Positions 34,201-43,791 of a stretch of 248,000 nucleotides of DNA are shown here, piece by piece. Numbering within the stretch: the first letter of the stretch is position 1; each line of letters starts with the position of its first letter. The position numbers were made by a program, and so were the translations under genes. The stretch comes from Hyalangium minutum (GTDB lineage: Bacteria > Myxococcota > Myxococcia > Myxococcales > Myxococcaceae): contig NZ_JMCB01000008.1 in NCBI RefSeq assembly GCF_000737315.1, positions 20,001 to 268,000 of the forward strand, read 5' to 3'. The notes beneath the pieces are model-generated. The model saw only the letters and a program-made list of their open reading frames with translations. It had not been told where the DNA came from and ran no database searches.

Positions 34201-35325
34201 CGCACCACCAGCAACGTCAACACCTCCGCTCCGGGCGGCTACACCGTGAGCTACGCGGTGACGGATGCCTCCGGCAACTCCGCCTCGGGCGGCCGGGCGG
34301 TGACGGTGCGTGACACCCAGGCGCCGGTCATCACGCCGCGCCCCGGTCCCTCCACCCTGGAGTGCAACGGCACGCCCTACGTGGAGCTGGGCGCCACGGC
34401 CAACGACGCCTGCCGTGGGGATCTGAGCTCGGCCATCACCACCACCAGCAACCTCGACCAGACGCGCTCGGGTACGTACAACGTCACCTACCGCGTGGCG
34501 GACGCCTCCGGGAACGTGGGCACCGCGGTGCGCATGCTCACCGTCGGCCCCTGCTCCACCAACTCGTGCACGAACATCCGCCTGGGTGACTACAACCTGT
34601 TCCTGCAGGAGAACTACACCGGTGGCCACGACGTGGTGGGCAAGGTGGCGGCGGGCGGCAACATCTCCATGACGGACTTCTCCGTCGGCATGGGCCTGCC
34701 GTCCTCCAACCTCTCCAACACGCTGGTGGCGGGCGGCAACCTGTCGCTGTCTCGCGGCTCCATCGGCGGCGACGCCTGGTACGGTGGCACGCTCACCGCG
34801 GACCAGAGCGTGTCGCAGTCGCGCGGCGTCCGCCGCCAGGGCACGCCGATCGACTTCGCGGCCAAGTTCAGCGAGCTGCGCGGCCTGACGGGTCAGCTGG
34901 CCAACATGACGGCCACGGGCACCACCCGCCGCGAGAGCTGGGGTGGCATCTCGATGACGGGCAACCGCTCCACGGTGAACGTGTTCGACATCAGCGCCAG
35001 CGCCTTCACCGGTGCGGTGTACTGGCAGATCAACGCGCCGGCCGGCTCGCTGGTGGTGGTCAACATCCGCGGCTCTGCGGCCCGGTTCACCAACTTCGGC
35101 ATCCAGTTCAGCGGCGGCATCGACCAGCACGGCGTCCTGTTCAACTTCGTGGACACCACGAGCATCACCGCCTCGGGCTTCGGCTTCTGGGGCACGGTCC
35201 TGGCGCCCTACGCGGACGTGAACTTCAACAACGGCAGCTGGGATGGCGGCATCTACGCGAAGTCCTTCACGGGCAACGCCGAGGGCCACATCAACCCGCT
35301 CAACGACCGCGACATCTGCCCGTGA
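31282..35325 (+). CDS. Large secreted lipoprotein with Cys-rich repeats, eight Ig-like (DUF5011-type) repeats and C-terminal choice-of-anchor A domain
   Basis: TVTGC lipobox; CGDG..D..EECD repeats; DTxxPxxT..ECG repeats; GTVLAPYADV. Confidence 0.75.
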   Translation: MTSRVSWGAVLLSAAMTVTGCGEEPSELSAVPEAEATTVATHTAIQALASTDKVLILGSSVSGGAQSREAQAVAALSPSTQVDVVSAEQWRAMTAQQFMSYRAIIIGDAACQSGTAAFQAAVDTRNVWGPMIDGTVALASTNLSSNGTPHMLENAIAFALDSPQQRTGMYVSLGCAYQSAAPNTAVQLLEPLGVFKVSGLQACANAGHIFEMNTGIMTRNLSDSQLSSSGCVARSVFTQYPDRNFSFVAVARNTSGASLPGQQSYTDYMENPEQETSYNGTPYLLVRGASTLSAGCGLSDYSPAGEECDMGDGWNGQAAVQGQNPLDTCSYTCRNNWCGDGVVDANFGEECDNGNQNGRLLSSAGALGNCSSACKLIGPSSPPPSNPPVARCKDAVVSAGYTCGVYASVDNGSYDPDNDLVSCTQSPDSVYGLGTTAVTLTCRDAQSHVSTCNATVTVVDNTPPVVTLNGSASHTLECNRNLVYPDQGATGQDACSGALPTVRSGVVNMAQASTYSLTYTATDGSGNQGSATRSVTVADTLAPTLTLLGAASVTAECGTAFNDPGAAVSDQCVNSISATRSGALNLSAPGAYTLRYDARDPSNNAAAFKTRTVTVRDTLKPTVTVQGALNQAVECGSAYTDPGATVQDQCATSLAATATGSVNASQPGTYTLSYRAVDPSGNVGTATSSRTVTVSDTLAPALTLNGPASLQLECATPYTDLGATAQDLCAGSVAVTSTGSVNNRQLGPQTISYSANDGRGHTASATRTVTVADTRAPAITVQGSLNTTYECGSTYVDLGATASDACAGSVPVTATQTSNPNQPGSFTITYSAVDPSGNSATSTATRTVSVNDSAPPTLVLNGPATQSLECGSSYEDPGALAQDACFGDVTARITRSGSVNASAPGTYALTYNVTDPAGQAAPSVSRTVNVSDTLAPTLTVQGSLNAQVECGTAYNDAGATASDVCAGNLNSAIRTTSNVNTSAPGGYTVSYAVTDASGNSASGGRAVTVRDTQAPVITPRPGPSTLECNGTPYVELGATANDACRGDLSSAITTTSNLDQTRSGTYNVTYRVADASGNVGTAVRMLTVGPCSTNSCTNIRLGDYNLFLQENYTGGHDVVGKVAAGGNISMTDFSVGMGLPSSNLSNTLVAGGNLSLSRGSIGGDAWYGGTLTADQSVSQSRGVRRQGTPIDFAAKFSELRGLTGQLANMTATGTTRRESWGGISMTGNRSTVNVFDISASAFTGAVYWQINAPAGSLVVVNIRGSAARFTNFGIQFSGGIDQHGVLFNFVDTTSITASGFGFWGTVLAPYADVNFNNGSWDGGIYAKSFTGNAEGHINPLNDRDICP

Positions 35326-35433
35326 GGGATGAGGCGGGAGCTCCACTGAGAGCTCCCGCTTCGGCCTCCCGAAGCTGAATGCTGAGCACAGCCCTCGCCC
35401 CACCGGAGCCCGCTCCGGACCGGGGCGGGGGCT

Positions 35434-37428
35434 TCAGCTTTTCTGGCGGCGCGAGCGCAGCGCCCACGCCCCCAGCATCAGCGCCACGGCGCCCAGCCCC
35501 GCGCCCGAGGCGCTCTCGCAGCCACAGCCCACCTCGAGCGCTCCGGGCATTACCACCGTGAACGTCGTGGGCGCGGAGGAGAAGCCAGTGCTGCCTCCCG
35601 TCTCCAGCGCCTGAGCCGTGACGGTGTGCTCACCGGGTGCCAGCGCCTGACCGGGCGTGAGCGTGTAATAGAAGCGCCCGGCCTGATCCAACGGCACCTG
35701 GGCCACCTCGGCTCCGTCCACCTGAAGGCGAACCGAGACGCCCAAGGGACTCGTCCCCGTGAGGAGGGGCGTGGGATCCACCTGCTCGCCCTGCGCGGGA
35801 GACACGAGGATGGGGTTCATCGCCGGCTCGGCGACGTCGAAGCGGGTCACCGCGGAGAGCGGGCTGTACAGCCCCAGGGACTCCGCGGATGCGCGAAGCT
35901 CGTGTGCTCCAGGCGTCAGCTCCATGGGGGCCGTGTAGACGAAGCCGCCATCGGGGCTGCTCGCCTGCACCTGCACGTAGGGCGTCCCATCCAGGAAGAG
36001 GTGAACCTGGACGCCCTGCTCGGCCGCCCCTTCGAAGCGGGGACGCGGCGCCACGCCGACCGCTCCATTCACTGGCTGCGACACCGTGGGCGTTACGAGC
36101 GTTCGCACCCCGGTGACTGTTTGCTGCGCCGAGCCGTACGCGCTTCCACCATCCAAGCTGGCCGGCCCCGCGCCCCGGCTGTCGCCCGTCGCCGACGATC
36201 GCCCCGCCGCCCCGGCGAGCACCACCGCGGGACACGTGAGGGGCTGTCCCTGCAGGAAGACGACGCCTCCAGCGCCGCCACCGCCCGGGCCAATCGGGTA
36301 CGCGGGATGAACGGTGTCTCCGCCCGCGCCCCCCGAGGCGTCCGCAGCGCCGCAGGCCAGTCCCGCGGCGGATCTCAAGGAGATGGCTCCGCCTGCACCG
36401 CCGCCGCCCGCACCGTCATCTCCCGTCCCGGACGTAGGAGGCACCGACGCGCCCTTCGCGCTGAAGCGCCCCGTCCCCACCACCGCCCCCGCGCGCAGGA
36501 GCATCAGCCCACCTCCCGCGCCTCCGCTGGTTCCTAAATTGTTGTTGCCCTCGCCCGCGCCGCCGCCCCCGCCAAACACGAGGCGCTCGTAGGGCAGGTA
36601 CACCACGGCCGCTCCGCCCAGGCCACCCACGTCCCGGTCCCCGTCAGAAGAACGAGCCCCCGTGCCGCCCATGCCGGCATGGCCTCCACCGCCCCCCCCG
36701 GAGTTGTGGCAGTTACCGCCGCCCCCGCCGTTGGCCACGTTGCCTCGTCCCGAGGCCGTCCCGTACCGCCCGGCCACCAGCCCCTCTCCTTTATAGGAGC
36801 CACCGCTGGCCGAGGGCTCGTCGAGCCCCGCGCAGCCGTCACGGTCCGCGTGGTTGAGGTACACCCCACCCCGGAAGCCGGCGCCGTCCACCGACACGAG
36901 CCCGTTGTTGCTCAGCGTGCCGGTGGCCAACAGCGCGAGGATGCCGCCCACGCTCCCGTCCCACGGCGCCGCCCGGAGCGAGCCGTTGGCGAGCACCTGG
37001 ACGTCCGTGTACTCGGGCACACTCACCACCTGCGTCACCCTGGCGGGGAAGCCGTTCGTCAGCGGCGCGGTCAGCCGCAGCACGCCCGGAGACACGGCCT
37101 CGACGCGCCCGTACTCGAACTGGCCCACCGGGTTCGCCGCATCGAGGCGGATCTGCGATGGATCTCCCGAGGCAGGCGCCGGCGTCAGGTCCGTGGATTG
37201 ATGGAGGAGGACCAGGTCGCCCGCCGAGAAGGCGCTGGCATCCGAGAGCGTCAGGACCTGCGTCCCCGCCGGCGCGCTGGCGGTGAGCTGGGCGTAGCGG
37301 TTGACCACGGTGTCCTGCGCCGTGACCCGCAGAAGGCCTCTGCGCCCCGTGCCCAGTCCGAAGGTATCCGGCTCGGCCCCCGCACCACCGGCCCAGAGAA
37401 GTCCCGCCACCCAAAGAGTGTTCCGCAT
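35434..37428 (-). CDS. Glycine-rich surface protein with Ig-like domains and MYXO-CTERM-like anchor
   Basis: GGGGG runs; C-terminal GCGC + TM + RSRRQK. Confidence 0.75.
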   Translation of the reverse strand: MRNTLWVAGLLWAGGAGAEPDTFGLGTGRRGLLRVTAQDTVVNRYAQLTASAPAGTQVLTLSDASAFSAGDLVLLHQSTDLTPAPASGDPSQIRLDAANPVGQFEYGRVEAVSPGVLRLTAPLTNGFPARVTQVVSVPEYTDVQVLANGSLRAAPWDGSVGGILALLATGTLSNNGLVSVDGAGFRGGVYLNHADRDGCAGLDEPSASGGSYKGEGLVAGRYGTASGRGNVANGGGGGNCHNSGGGGGGHAGMGGTGARSSDGDRDVGGLGGAAVVYLPYERLVFGGGGGAGEGNNNLGTSGGAGGGLMLLRAGAVVGTGRFSAKGASVPPTSGTGDDGAGGGGAGGAISLRSAAGLACGAADASGGAGGDTVHPAYPIGPGGGGAGGVVFLQGQPLTCPAVVLAGAAGRSSATGDSRGAGPASLDGGSAYGSAQQTVTGVRTLVTPTVSQPVNGAVGVAPRPRFEGAAEQGVQVHLFLDGTPYVQVQASSPDGGFVYTAPMELTPGAHELRASAESLGLYSPLSAVTRFDVAEPAMNPILVSPAQGEQVDPTPLLTGTSPLGVSVRLQVDGAEVAQVPLDQAGRFYYTLTPGQALAPGEHTVTAQALETGGSTGFSSAPTTFTVVMPGALEVGCGCESASGAGLGAVALMLGAWALRSRRQKS

Positions 37429-37578
37429 GGGGGCATGCTGCCCCACCCCCTCACAAGGGTCGAGGAAGGTGCGGGCGGCGGCGCAGCCCCCTCAACGTCC
37501 GCAGGAGCACCCCAGCCCACAGCCCCGTGACGGCGACCACCTCGAACGACGTGCGCGGCAAGCGCGCCACCGTGTGGC

Positions 37579-38697
37579 TCAGGCCGCGCGGACCAGCTCG
37601 GCGACGGTCGCCTTGGGCGCAACCACGGCCTTCGGGCGGTTCTTGCGGATCTGCCGCGCGAGGATGAAGGTGTAGATGACGATTGGCAGGAGGAACAGGT
37701 CCGCCACGCCGCCCAGCTGGGCGAAGCGCCCCTGCACGTAGCCGTCGATCAGCAGGCCCACGTAGACGCCCACCACCACGAGCGAGCAGTGCGTGGAGGC
37801 CCAGAACACCACGTTGTTGGCCGTGCGCGGATCCTTGTGGGCACCGCGATAGAGCCGGGCCACGTGCCACACGGCCACCGGCGAGCTGGCCATCACGCCC
37901 AGCCCCACCCAGATGGGGACGCCCATCCAGAGCACGCCGGGGATGACCATCAGATACGCCACCGCCTGCACCACCGCGTGCATGTGGACGATCGTGCGGG
38001 GGCCCAGGCGCACCGGCAGCGTGCGCTTGCCCACGAGGATGTCACCCTCGTAGTCCTGCAGGTTCATGATCGTCATGCGCACGAACTGGATCAGAAAGGC
38101 CGGCAGCAGCAGCAGGAAGGGGAAGAAGCTGAACTCGCCCGAGGCCAGCGTGTAGCCGATCACCGGCACGCACCCGTTGAGCCCCGTCGTCACTGTCAGC
38201 TCACCCAGGCCCCGATAATTGAACTGGAACGGAGGCGCCGTGTAGAACCACCCCAGCGGCACCGCGATCAGCGCCGCGTACTGCGCCTCCGCCGGCATCG
38301 CCAGGATCAGCAGCAGCGCGGTACACAACAGGACACAGCTCGCCGTGAGGCTCACCCACGGCTTGAGCAGGCCCTCCACCAGCACCCGGCTGCCCCCCGT
38401 CCACGCGGTGGGCGCGGGGTTGGCCAGGTCCGCCTGCAGATCAAAGTACTCGTTGCAGTAGTGCGTCATCAGGTGGACGCACCAGACGAACAGCTGCCCG
38501 TGCACGTACGAAGCCAGAGAGGGCGTGTGCCCCAGGTAGACCGCCGCAGCCACACCCAGCGTGTAAAGAACCCAGCTGTACAGGAGGTATTTCGGCCGCC
38601 CCAGGCGAACCAGCAGCATGAAGCTGCGCTTGAGTGAAGCCGCGGGTGGAACAGCCACCACCTCGCCACCATGGATGGGCATCGGGAGATGATTCAC
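37579..38697 (-). CDS. UbiA/MenA-family prenyltransferase
   Basis: NEYFD, MNLQDYEGD..GKRTLPV. Confidence 0.85.
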   Translation of the reverse strand: MNHLPMPIHGGEVVAVPPAASLKRSFMLLVRLGRPKYLLYSWVLYTLGVAAAVYLGHTPSLASYVHGQLFVWCVHLMTHYCNEYFDLQADLANPAPTAWTGGSRVLVEGLLKPWVSLTASCVLLCTALLLILAMPAEAQYAALIAVPLGWFYTAPPFQFNYRGLGELTVTTGLNGCVPVIGYTLASGEFSFFPFLLLLPAFLIQFVRMTIMNLQDYEGDILVGKRTLPVRLGPRTIVHMHAVVQAVAYLMVIPGVLWMGVPIWVGLGVMASSPVAVWHVARLYRGAHKDPRTANNVVFWASTHCSLVVVGVYVGLLIDGYVQGRFAQLGGVADLFLLPIVIYTFILARQIRKNRPKAVVAPKATVAELVRAA

Positions 38698-38720
38698 TGT
38701 GAGGGCCTCCTGACGACGGC

Positions 38721-38741
38721 AATTCTCTGAATCAGAGAATT
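38721..38741. promoter_or_regulatory. Perfect inverted repeat, candidate operator
   Basis: AATTCTCTG-AAT-CAGAGAATT in an AT-rich patch upstream of the prenyltransferase. Confidence 0.55.
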
Positions 38742-38889
38742 AGCGATTAAAATGGTGAAATAGAATTCTTCTATTGTCAAAGAACTCCTGAAATACCGGT
38801 TCAGAATTCTTTTCCGAAGGTGAACAGATCACCGCCCTCTTCGCGCGGAGGTGAGTCCGCAACGGAGCGCTACCCACCTGTGCTTTTGT

Positions 38890-40614
38890 TTACGGTGCGC
38901 CCACGCCTTCGCTCGACACGTCCATCCGATCGAACGCGCGGCCGAGGGCCATGACACCCAGGCCTACTTCGAGCGACACCCCCGCCGCAGCGACGAGCCC
39001 CGCGCACGGCAGCGCCCAAACACCCAGCACGCCATAGAGCGCGAAGCCCACCAGCGCGGCGACGATGGCTGCAGGCAACAGCCCGCCCATCACCACCACG
39101 AGGGCACCTGCGAGCGTCAACAGCCGCTGGCCCAGTGCCTCGATGCCGCGGGCCCGCTCGCCATCAGCGGGGAGCCACGCGGGGAAGAGCACCACGGCGG
39201 CGTTCTGGACGAACACACCGCCAATGGCGAGCGCGGGCAGCAACGGCGCCAACCCCAGTGCCCCGGCCACCCACAGCTCGGCCCCCCACGGGCCGGGAGC
39301 CCCCACGGCCATGGCCACGGCCAGCAGGAGCAGCACGAGCTGCATGATGGCCAGCAGCACCCCCGGGGCCAGCATCTCGGCGGCGACCACCTGCCTTCCC
39401 GTCAACGGGAGCGCCCGGAGCAGATCCAGCTTGGGCAGATCCAGGCGGAGATCCGAGCGCATGGAGACGGGGCCGAACACGGTGAGCATGCCCGCGAACG
39501 TCAGGTAGACGCCCGCCATCACCTGCCGCGTCTGGGAGAGCGCGGCGGGAGCGAACACGGCGACGCCCAGGGGCACGGCGAGCCCCAGCAGCGCCAGCAC
39601 GAGCAGCACCTCGGGCCCGGCGATGCGACGCGCGGCGATGAGGTTCTTCCACAGCAGCGCCACCTCGGGCCGTCCGGAGGCGCTCAGGCGGAAGAAGGGC
39701 TTGCGCAGGACGATGTGCCCCACCCGGGCCACCCGCTGGCTGCGCCGCCGCGCCGTCTCCTCGGCCCGCACCACCACCGCCTCCTCGAAGGGGACGATGA
39801 GCACGGTGATCCAGAGGTAGTGGACCGCGAGCAGCCCCAGCACGATCGGCATCGAGCGGAGGAAGGCCCCCACCCCCTCCGCCAGAGCGGGCGCCACCAG
39901 GACGCGCCCCGGCCACAGGGCCACCTGGAGCGCCGGGTGCGAGACGAGCGCGAAGAGCCACTCCCGGGAAGGCGCCTGGCCCTCGGGGCCCACCGGGAAG
40001 GGGTTCTCCTGGAACGCCGAGTACCCGGCCCACCCCAGGGCCGCGAACAGCACGAGGAGCACGGCCCACCGCAGCACCGTGCCCCACCCTCCGAGCCGGG
40101 CCAGCCGCGTGCGAACGAACGAGGCCGCGGTGACGTGCAGGTTCACGGTGACGAACGCGAGCACGGAGCCCAGGAAGAACAGCACCAGGTGCGGGGTGAC
40201 GGCCCGCCCGATGAAGATCGTGGTGAAGACAGAGCTGACCCCGGCGCCCATCACCCCGCGGGCCAGCTTGTAGTGCAGCAGCCCGCGCCGGCTGATGGGT
40301 GCGGCGAACAGCTGCTGCACCTCCGTCTCCGTGAACGCGAGCGACGGCCGGTCCTGCCCGAGGATCCAAGCGGCGGCCAGCGACACCATCACCATGGTGC
40401 CCAGCGACAGCTCGGCCAGGGCGCGCGCGCTGGGGGGCAGCGACTCCACGGAGCGCGAGTAGCTCAGCCGCCGGACCACCATCATATAAAGGTAGGCACC
40501 GCCGACGATGAGCCCCGCCAGGTACTTCGGCTGGCGCATGCGCTCCAGCTGCTTGCGCACGCGGTTGCGCAGCGAGGCCCACCACAGGAACGCCACCGCG
40601 CGCGGGAAGCTCAT
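38890..40614 (-). CDS. Putative ABC exporter permease
   Basis: Multi-TM; overlaps the ABC ATPase stop. Confidence 0.75.
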   Translation of the reverse strand: MSFPRAVAFLWWASLRNRVRKQLERMRQPKYLAGLIVGGAYLYMMVVRRLSYSRSVESLPPSARALAELSLGTMVMVSLAAAWILGQDRPSLAFTETEVQQLFAAPISRRGLLHYKLARGVMGAGVSSVFTTIFIGRAVTPHLVLFFLGSVLAFVTVNLHVTAASFVRTRLARLGGWGTVLRWAVLLVLFAALGWAGYSAFQENPFPVGPEGQAPSREWLFALVSHPALQVALWPGRVLVAPALAEGVGAFLRSMPIVLGLLAVHYLWITVLIVPFEEAVVVRAEETARRRSQRVARVGHIVLRKPFFRLSASGRPEVALLWKNLIAARRIAGPEVLLVLALLGLAVPLGVAVFAPAALSQTRQVMAGVYLTFAGMLTVFGPVSMRSDLRLDLPKLDLLRALPLTGRQVVAAEMLAPGVLLAIMQLVLLLLAVAMAVGAPGPWGAELWVAGALGLAPLLPALAIGGVFVQNAAVVLFPAWLPADGERARGIEALGQRLLTLAGALVVVMGGLLPAAIVAALVGFALYGVLGVWALPCAGLVAAAGVSLEVGLGVMALGRAFDRMDVSSEGVGAP

Positions 40615-41414
40615 GAGGCGGGAGGCTCCGGCCTCTCCTCGCTCCCGGCGCTGGTGATGCGCACGAAGATCTCCTCCAGCGAGGCGTTGCCGCCCTCCAG
40701 CCCGCTCAGCTGCGCGCGGATCTCCGCCAGGGTGCCGAGCGCCACCGCGCGGCCTCCGGAGATGACGAGGATGCGGTGGCACAGCTCCTCCACCAACGGC
40801 AGCAGGTGCGAGGAGAGCACCAGCGCCGCCCCCTGCTCCGCCCGCTTCCGCAGCGAGGCCTTCATCCTCCGGATGCCGATGGGGTCCAAGCCCGTGAGGG
40901 GCTCGTCCAGGAGAATGAGCCGCGGGTCATGCAGGAAGCCGCAGGCGATGGAGAGCTTCTGCTTCATGCCGCGCGACAGCTCTCCCGGCAGCGCCTTCTC
41001 CTTGTTCCCCAGCTCCATCTCCGCGAGCAGCGCGCGCGCCTTGTCCTCCCACTGCTCCACGCCATAGAGGCGGGCCACGAAGTTCAGGTGCTCCCAGACG
41101 GTGAGGTACTCGAAGAGGCGCGGCTCGTCCGGCAGGAACGCCAGCGCTTGCTTCGCCTTCACGGGCTCGTGCGCCACGTCATGGCCCACCACGGCGACCT
41201 TCCCCGAGGACACGGGGAGGATGCCCGCGAGGCACCTCAGGGTGGACGTCTTTCCCGCACCGTTGGGGCCCACCAGCCCCAGCACCTCGCCGGGCGCCAC
41301 CTGGAAGGTCAGCCCCTGCACGGCCTTCACCGCGCCGTAGGTCTTCTCCAGGGACACCACCTCCAGCACGGGCGTCCCGGTTCCAGGTTCCACTGTCGTC
41401 TCGGGAGGAAGCAC
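40611..41414 (-). CDS. ABC transporter ATPase
   Basis: GPNGAGKT, LSRGM, DEP. Confidence 0.9.
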   Translation of the reverse strand: MLPPETTVEPGTGTPVLEVVSLEKTYGAVKAVQGLTFQVAPGEVLGLVGPNGAGKTSTLRCLAGILPVSSGKVAVVGHDVAHEPVKAKQALAFLPDEPRLFEYLTVWEHLNFVARLYGVEQWEDKARALLAEMELGNKEKALPGELSRGMKQKLSIACGFLHDPRLILLDEPLTGLDPIGIRRMKASLRKRAEQGAALVLSSHLLPLVEELCHRILVISGGRAVALGTLAEIRAQLSGLEGGNASLEEIFVRITSAGSEERPEPPAS

Positions 41415-41426
41415 CTCGGCTCCGGC

Positions 41427-41804
41427 TCAGTGCAGGTTCAGCAGCCCCTTCACCGTATCGAGCACGACCTTGGCTTGCACGGGTTTGACGAGGTAGGCGC
41501 TTGCCCCGAGCGCCAGGGCCCGGTCGCGGTCCGCCGTGGCCCCCTCGGTGGTGATGACCACGATGGGGACGTCCTTGTGGATCGGATCCTGCCGGATGTG
41601 GCTGATCAGCTTGAGCCCATCCATCAGCGGCATGTTGATGTCGGTGAGGACCAGGTCGAACTGGCCCTGGGTGAACTTCTTCAGGCCGTCGGCACCGTCC
41701 GCGGCCTCGACGCAGACGACTCCGCCCAGCCGCTGCAGGGCATACATGATGCTGCGCCGCATGGCCTGGGAGTCGTCTACCACCAGCGCCCGGATCTGCG
41801 TCAT
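41427..41804 (-). CDS. cheY: CheY-like response regulator
   Basis: Single receiver domain in che cluster. Confidence 0.85.
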   Translation of the reverse strand: MTQIRALVVDDSQAMRRSIMYALQRLGGVVCVEAADGADGLKKFTQGQFDLVLTDINMPLMDGLKLISHIRQDPIHKDVPIVVITTEGATADRDRALALGASAYLVKPVQAKVVLDTVKGLLNLH

Positions 41805-41854
41805 GGCTGGGAAGATACCACCGCCGTCCAGAAAACGGCCGGATTCGCCGCCGC

Positions 41855-42901
41855 CTACCGCCGGCGCCGGGCCAGCGTCAGCAGCGCGGGGCCGATCTCC
41901 CCCAGCGGCAGCACCCGCTTCACCACTCCGGTGGAGATGGCCTCCTGGGGCATGCCGAAGACGACGGCCGTCTCCTCGGACTCGGCCCAGACCTCGCCGC
42001 CCACGTGGTGCACGTCCTTTGCCCCCGCCGCCCCGTCCGAGCCCATGCCCGTGAGCACCACCGCCAGGGACTTGTGCCCCAGCGCCTTGGACACGCTGGT
42101 GAAGAGCCGGTCCACCGACGGCACGTACCGGTCCTTCGCGGCGACCTCGGGCGTCTTCAGCACCAGGTGACCGGCCTGCTCCACCAGCAGCATGTGGCGC
42201 CCGCCCGGAGCGATGAAGACGTGGCCAGGGGCCAGACGGTCTCCCTCCTTCGCCTCCGAGACGTGGAACGGGCCAATGCTGTCCAGCCGGTCCGCGAACG
42301 CCTTGGTGAACTGGGAGGGCATGTGCTGGCAGACCAGCACGCAGAAGGTGGGCTCGGCCGCGAGCGCCTCCAGGAGCCGCTGCACCGCCGGAGGCCCACC
42401 CGTGGACGCGCCCACGGCCACGATGAAGGGGGGCGCCTCGATGGGCTCGCGCTCCCGAGGCAGCCGCGTGGGAAGCCGCCTCGCCCCACCCCCCCGGCGC
42501 ACCAGCCGCGCCGCGCGGACCTTCTCCAGCAGCTCCGTGCGCAGTTCCTCGAGCGCCTGCGGCGTCGGCTTGGCCGGCCGGGCGATGAAGTCGAAGGCCC
42601 CCAGTTCCAGCGCCTTGAAGACGTCCGCCTTGTGGGTATGGCTGGAGATGACGATGGCCGGCGTGGGAGCGGCGCTCCGCAGCAGCCGCAGGAAGGTGTA
42701 CCCGCCCATGCGGGGCATCTCCAGGTCCACCGTCACCACGTCGGGGCGCAGGTCCACCACCTTGCGCAGCCCCTCCTCACCGTCCAGCGCCCAGTCCAGC
42801 ACCTGGACATCCGGCTCGGACTCCAGCAGCTGCTTGATGGTCCTCCGGTTGTGCGCCGAATCGTCGATGACGAGCACCGTGGTGGGAGGGCGCGTCGTCA
42901 T
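41855..42901 (-). CDS. cheB: Chemotaxis methylesterase
   Basis: Receiver + GASTGG, QHMP, LTGMGSDG. Confidence 0.95.
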   Translation of the reverse strand: MTTRPPTTVLVIDDSAHNRRTIKQLLESEPDVQVLDWALDGEEGLRKVVDLRPDVVTVDLEMPRMGGYTFLRLLRSAAPTPAIVISSHTHKADVFKALELGAFDFIARPAKPTPQALEELRTELLEKVRAARLVRRGGGARRLPTRLPREREPIEAPPFIVAVGASTGGPPAVQRLLEALAAEPTFCVLVCQHMPSQFTKAFADRLDSIGPFHVSEAKEGDRLAPGHVFIAPGGRHMLLVEQAGHLVLKTPEVAAKDRYVPSVDRLFTSVSKALGHKSLAVVLTGMGSDGAAGAKDVHHVGGEVWAESEETAVVFGMPQEAISTGVVKRVLPLGEIGPALLTLARRRR

Positions 42902-43788
42902 AGCGTGCCCCTCGGGAGCAGCGGGGGCTTGCGGTACGCCAGGTCGCCTTGCAGGTGCACCAGCTCGAAGTCCGCGCCCAGGTTGAGCAGGTTCTCCGAG
43001 TGGCCCAGCAGCAGATAGCCCCCAGGCACGAGCCGGTCATGGAAGACCTGAAGCACGCGGCGCCGTGCCGGAAGATCGAAGTAGATCATCACGTTGCGGC
43101 AGAACACGGCGTCCACCTTCGGCATCTGGCGGCAGGCCTCCTCGTCCAGCAAGTTGAGCTGCTCGAAGGTCACCCAGGAGCGCACGTCGTCCTTCACCCG
43201 GACCTTGTTGGCCCCGAGCGGGAGGAAGAAGCGCGCCACGTGCTCGGGCGAGGTGGCTCGCAGCGAGGACGGGCCGTACTCGCCCCGGCGGGCCGTGGTC
43301 AGCACCCGGCGGGAGATGTCCGTGCCGTAGACGAGGACATCCCAGCCCTCGAAGCGGCGGCTCTGCTGCAGGAGCATCGCGATGGTGAAGGCCTCCTCTC
43401 CCGTGGAGCAGCCGGCGGACCAGATGCGCAGCCGCTTGAGGGCGCCGTTGCGCTGCTGGAGCGCGGGCAGCAGCTCATCGGTGAAGGCCTGGAGCTGGCC
43501 GGGCTCGCGGAAGAAGTAGGTCTCATGGGTCGTCAGCGCCTCGACGGCGGCCTCCAGCTCCACGCGGCGCTGGGCGTCATAGCGCAGGTAGCGGTGGTAG
43601 CCGGCGAAGTCCCGCAAGCCCAGCGCCTCCAGCCGGGGCCACAGGCGCCGCTCCATGACGAACTTCATGTCCTCGCGCACGAGGATGCCGCAATGGGAGT
43701 AGACATGGTCGCGGAGGAGTCTGAACTCCTCTGCGCTCATCTCCGGCCGGCCTTCTTCGTCGAAGCGTGACCCCACCTGAGCCCCCAT
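42898..43788 (-). CDS. cheR: Chemotaxis methyltransferase
   Basis: ETYFFRE, SAGCSTGEE, CRNVMIYF. Confidence 0.95.
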   Translation of the reverse strand: MGAQVGSRFDEEGRPEMSAEEFRLLRDHVYSHCGILVREDMKFVMERRLWPRLEALGLRDFAGYHRYLRYDAQRRVELEAAVEALTTHETYFFREPGQLQAFTDELLPALQQRNGALKRLRIWSAGCSTGEEAFTIAMLLQQSRRFEGWDVLVYGTDISRRVLTTARRGEYGPSSLRATSPEHVARFFLPLGANKVRVKDDVRSWVTFEQLNLLDEEACRQMPKVDAVFCRNVMIYFDLPARRRVLQVFHDRLVPGGYLLLGHSENLLNLGADFELVHLQGDLAYRKPPLLPRGTL

Positions 43789-43791
43789 CTC

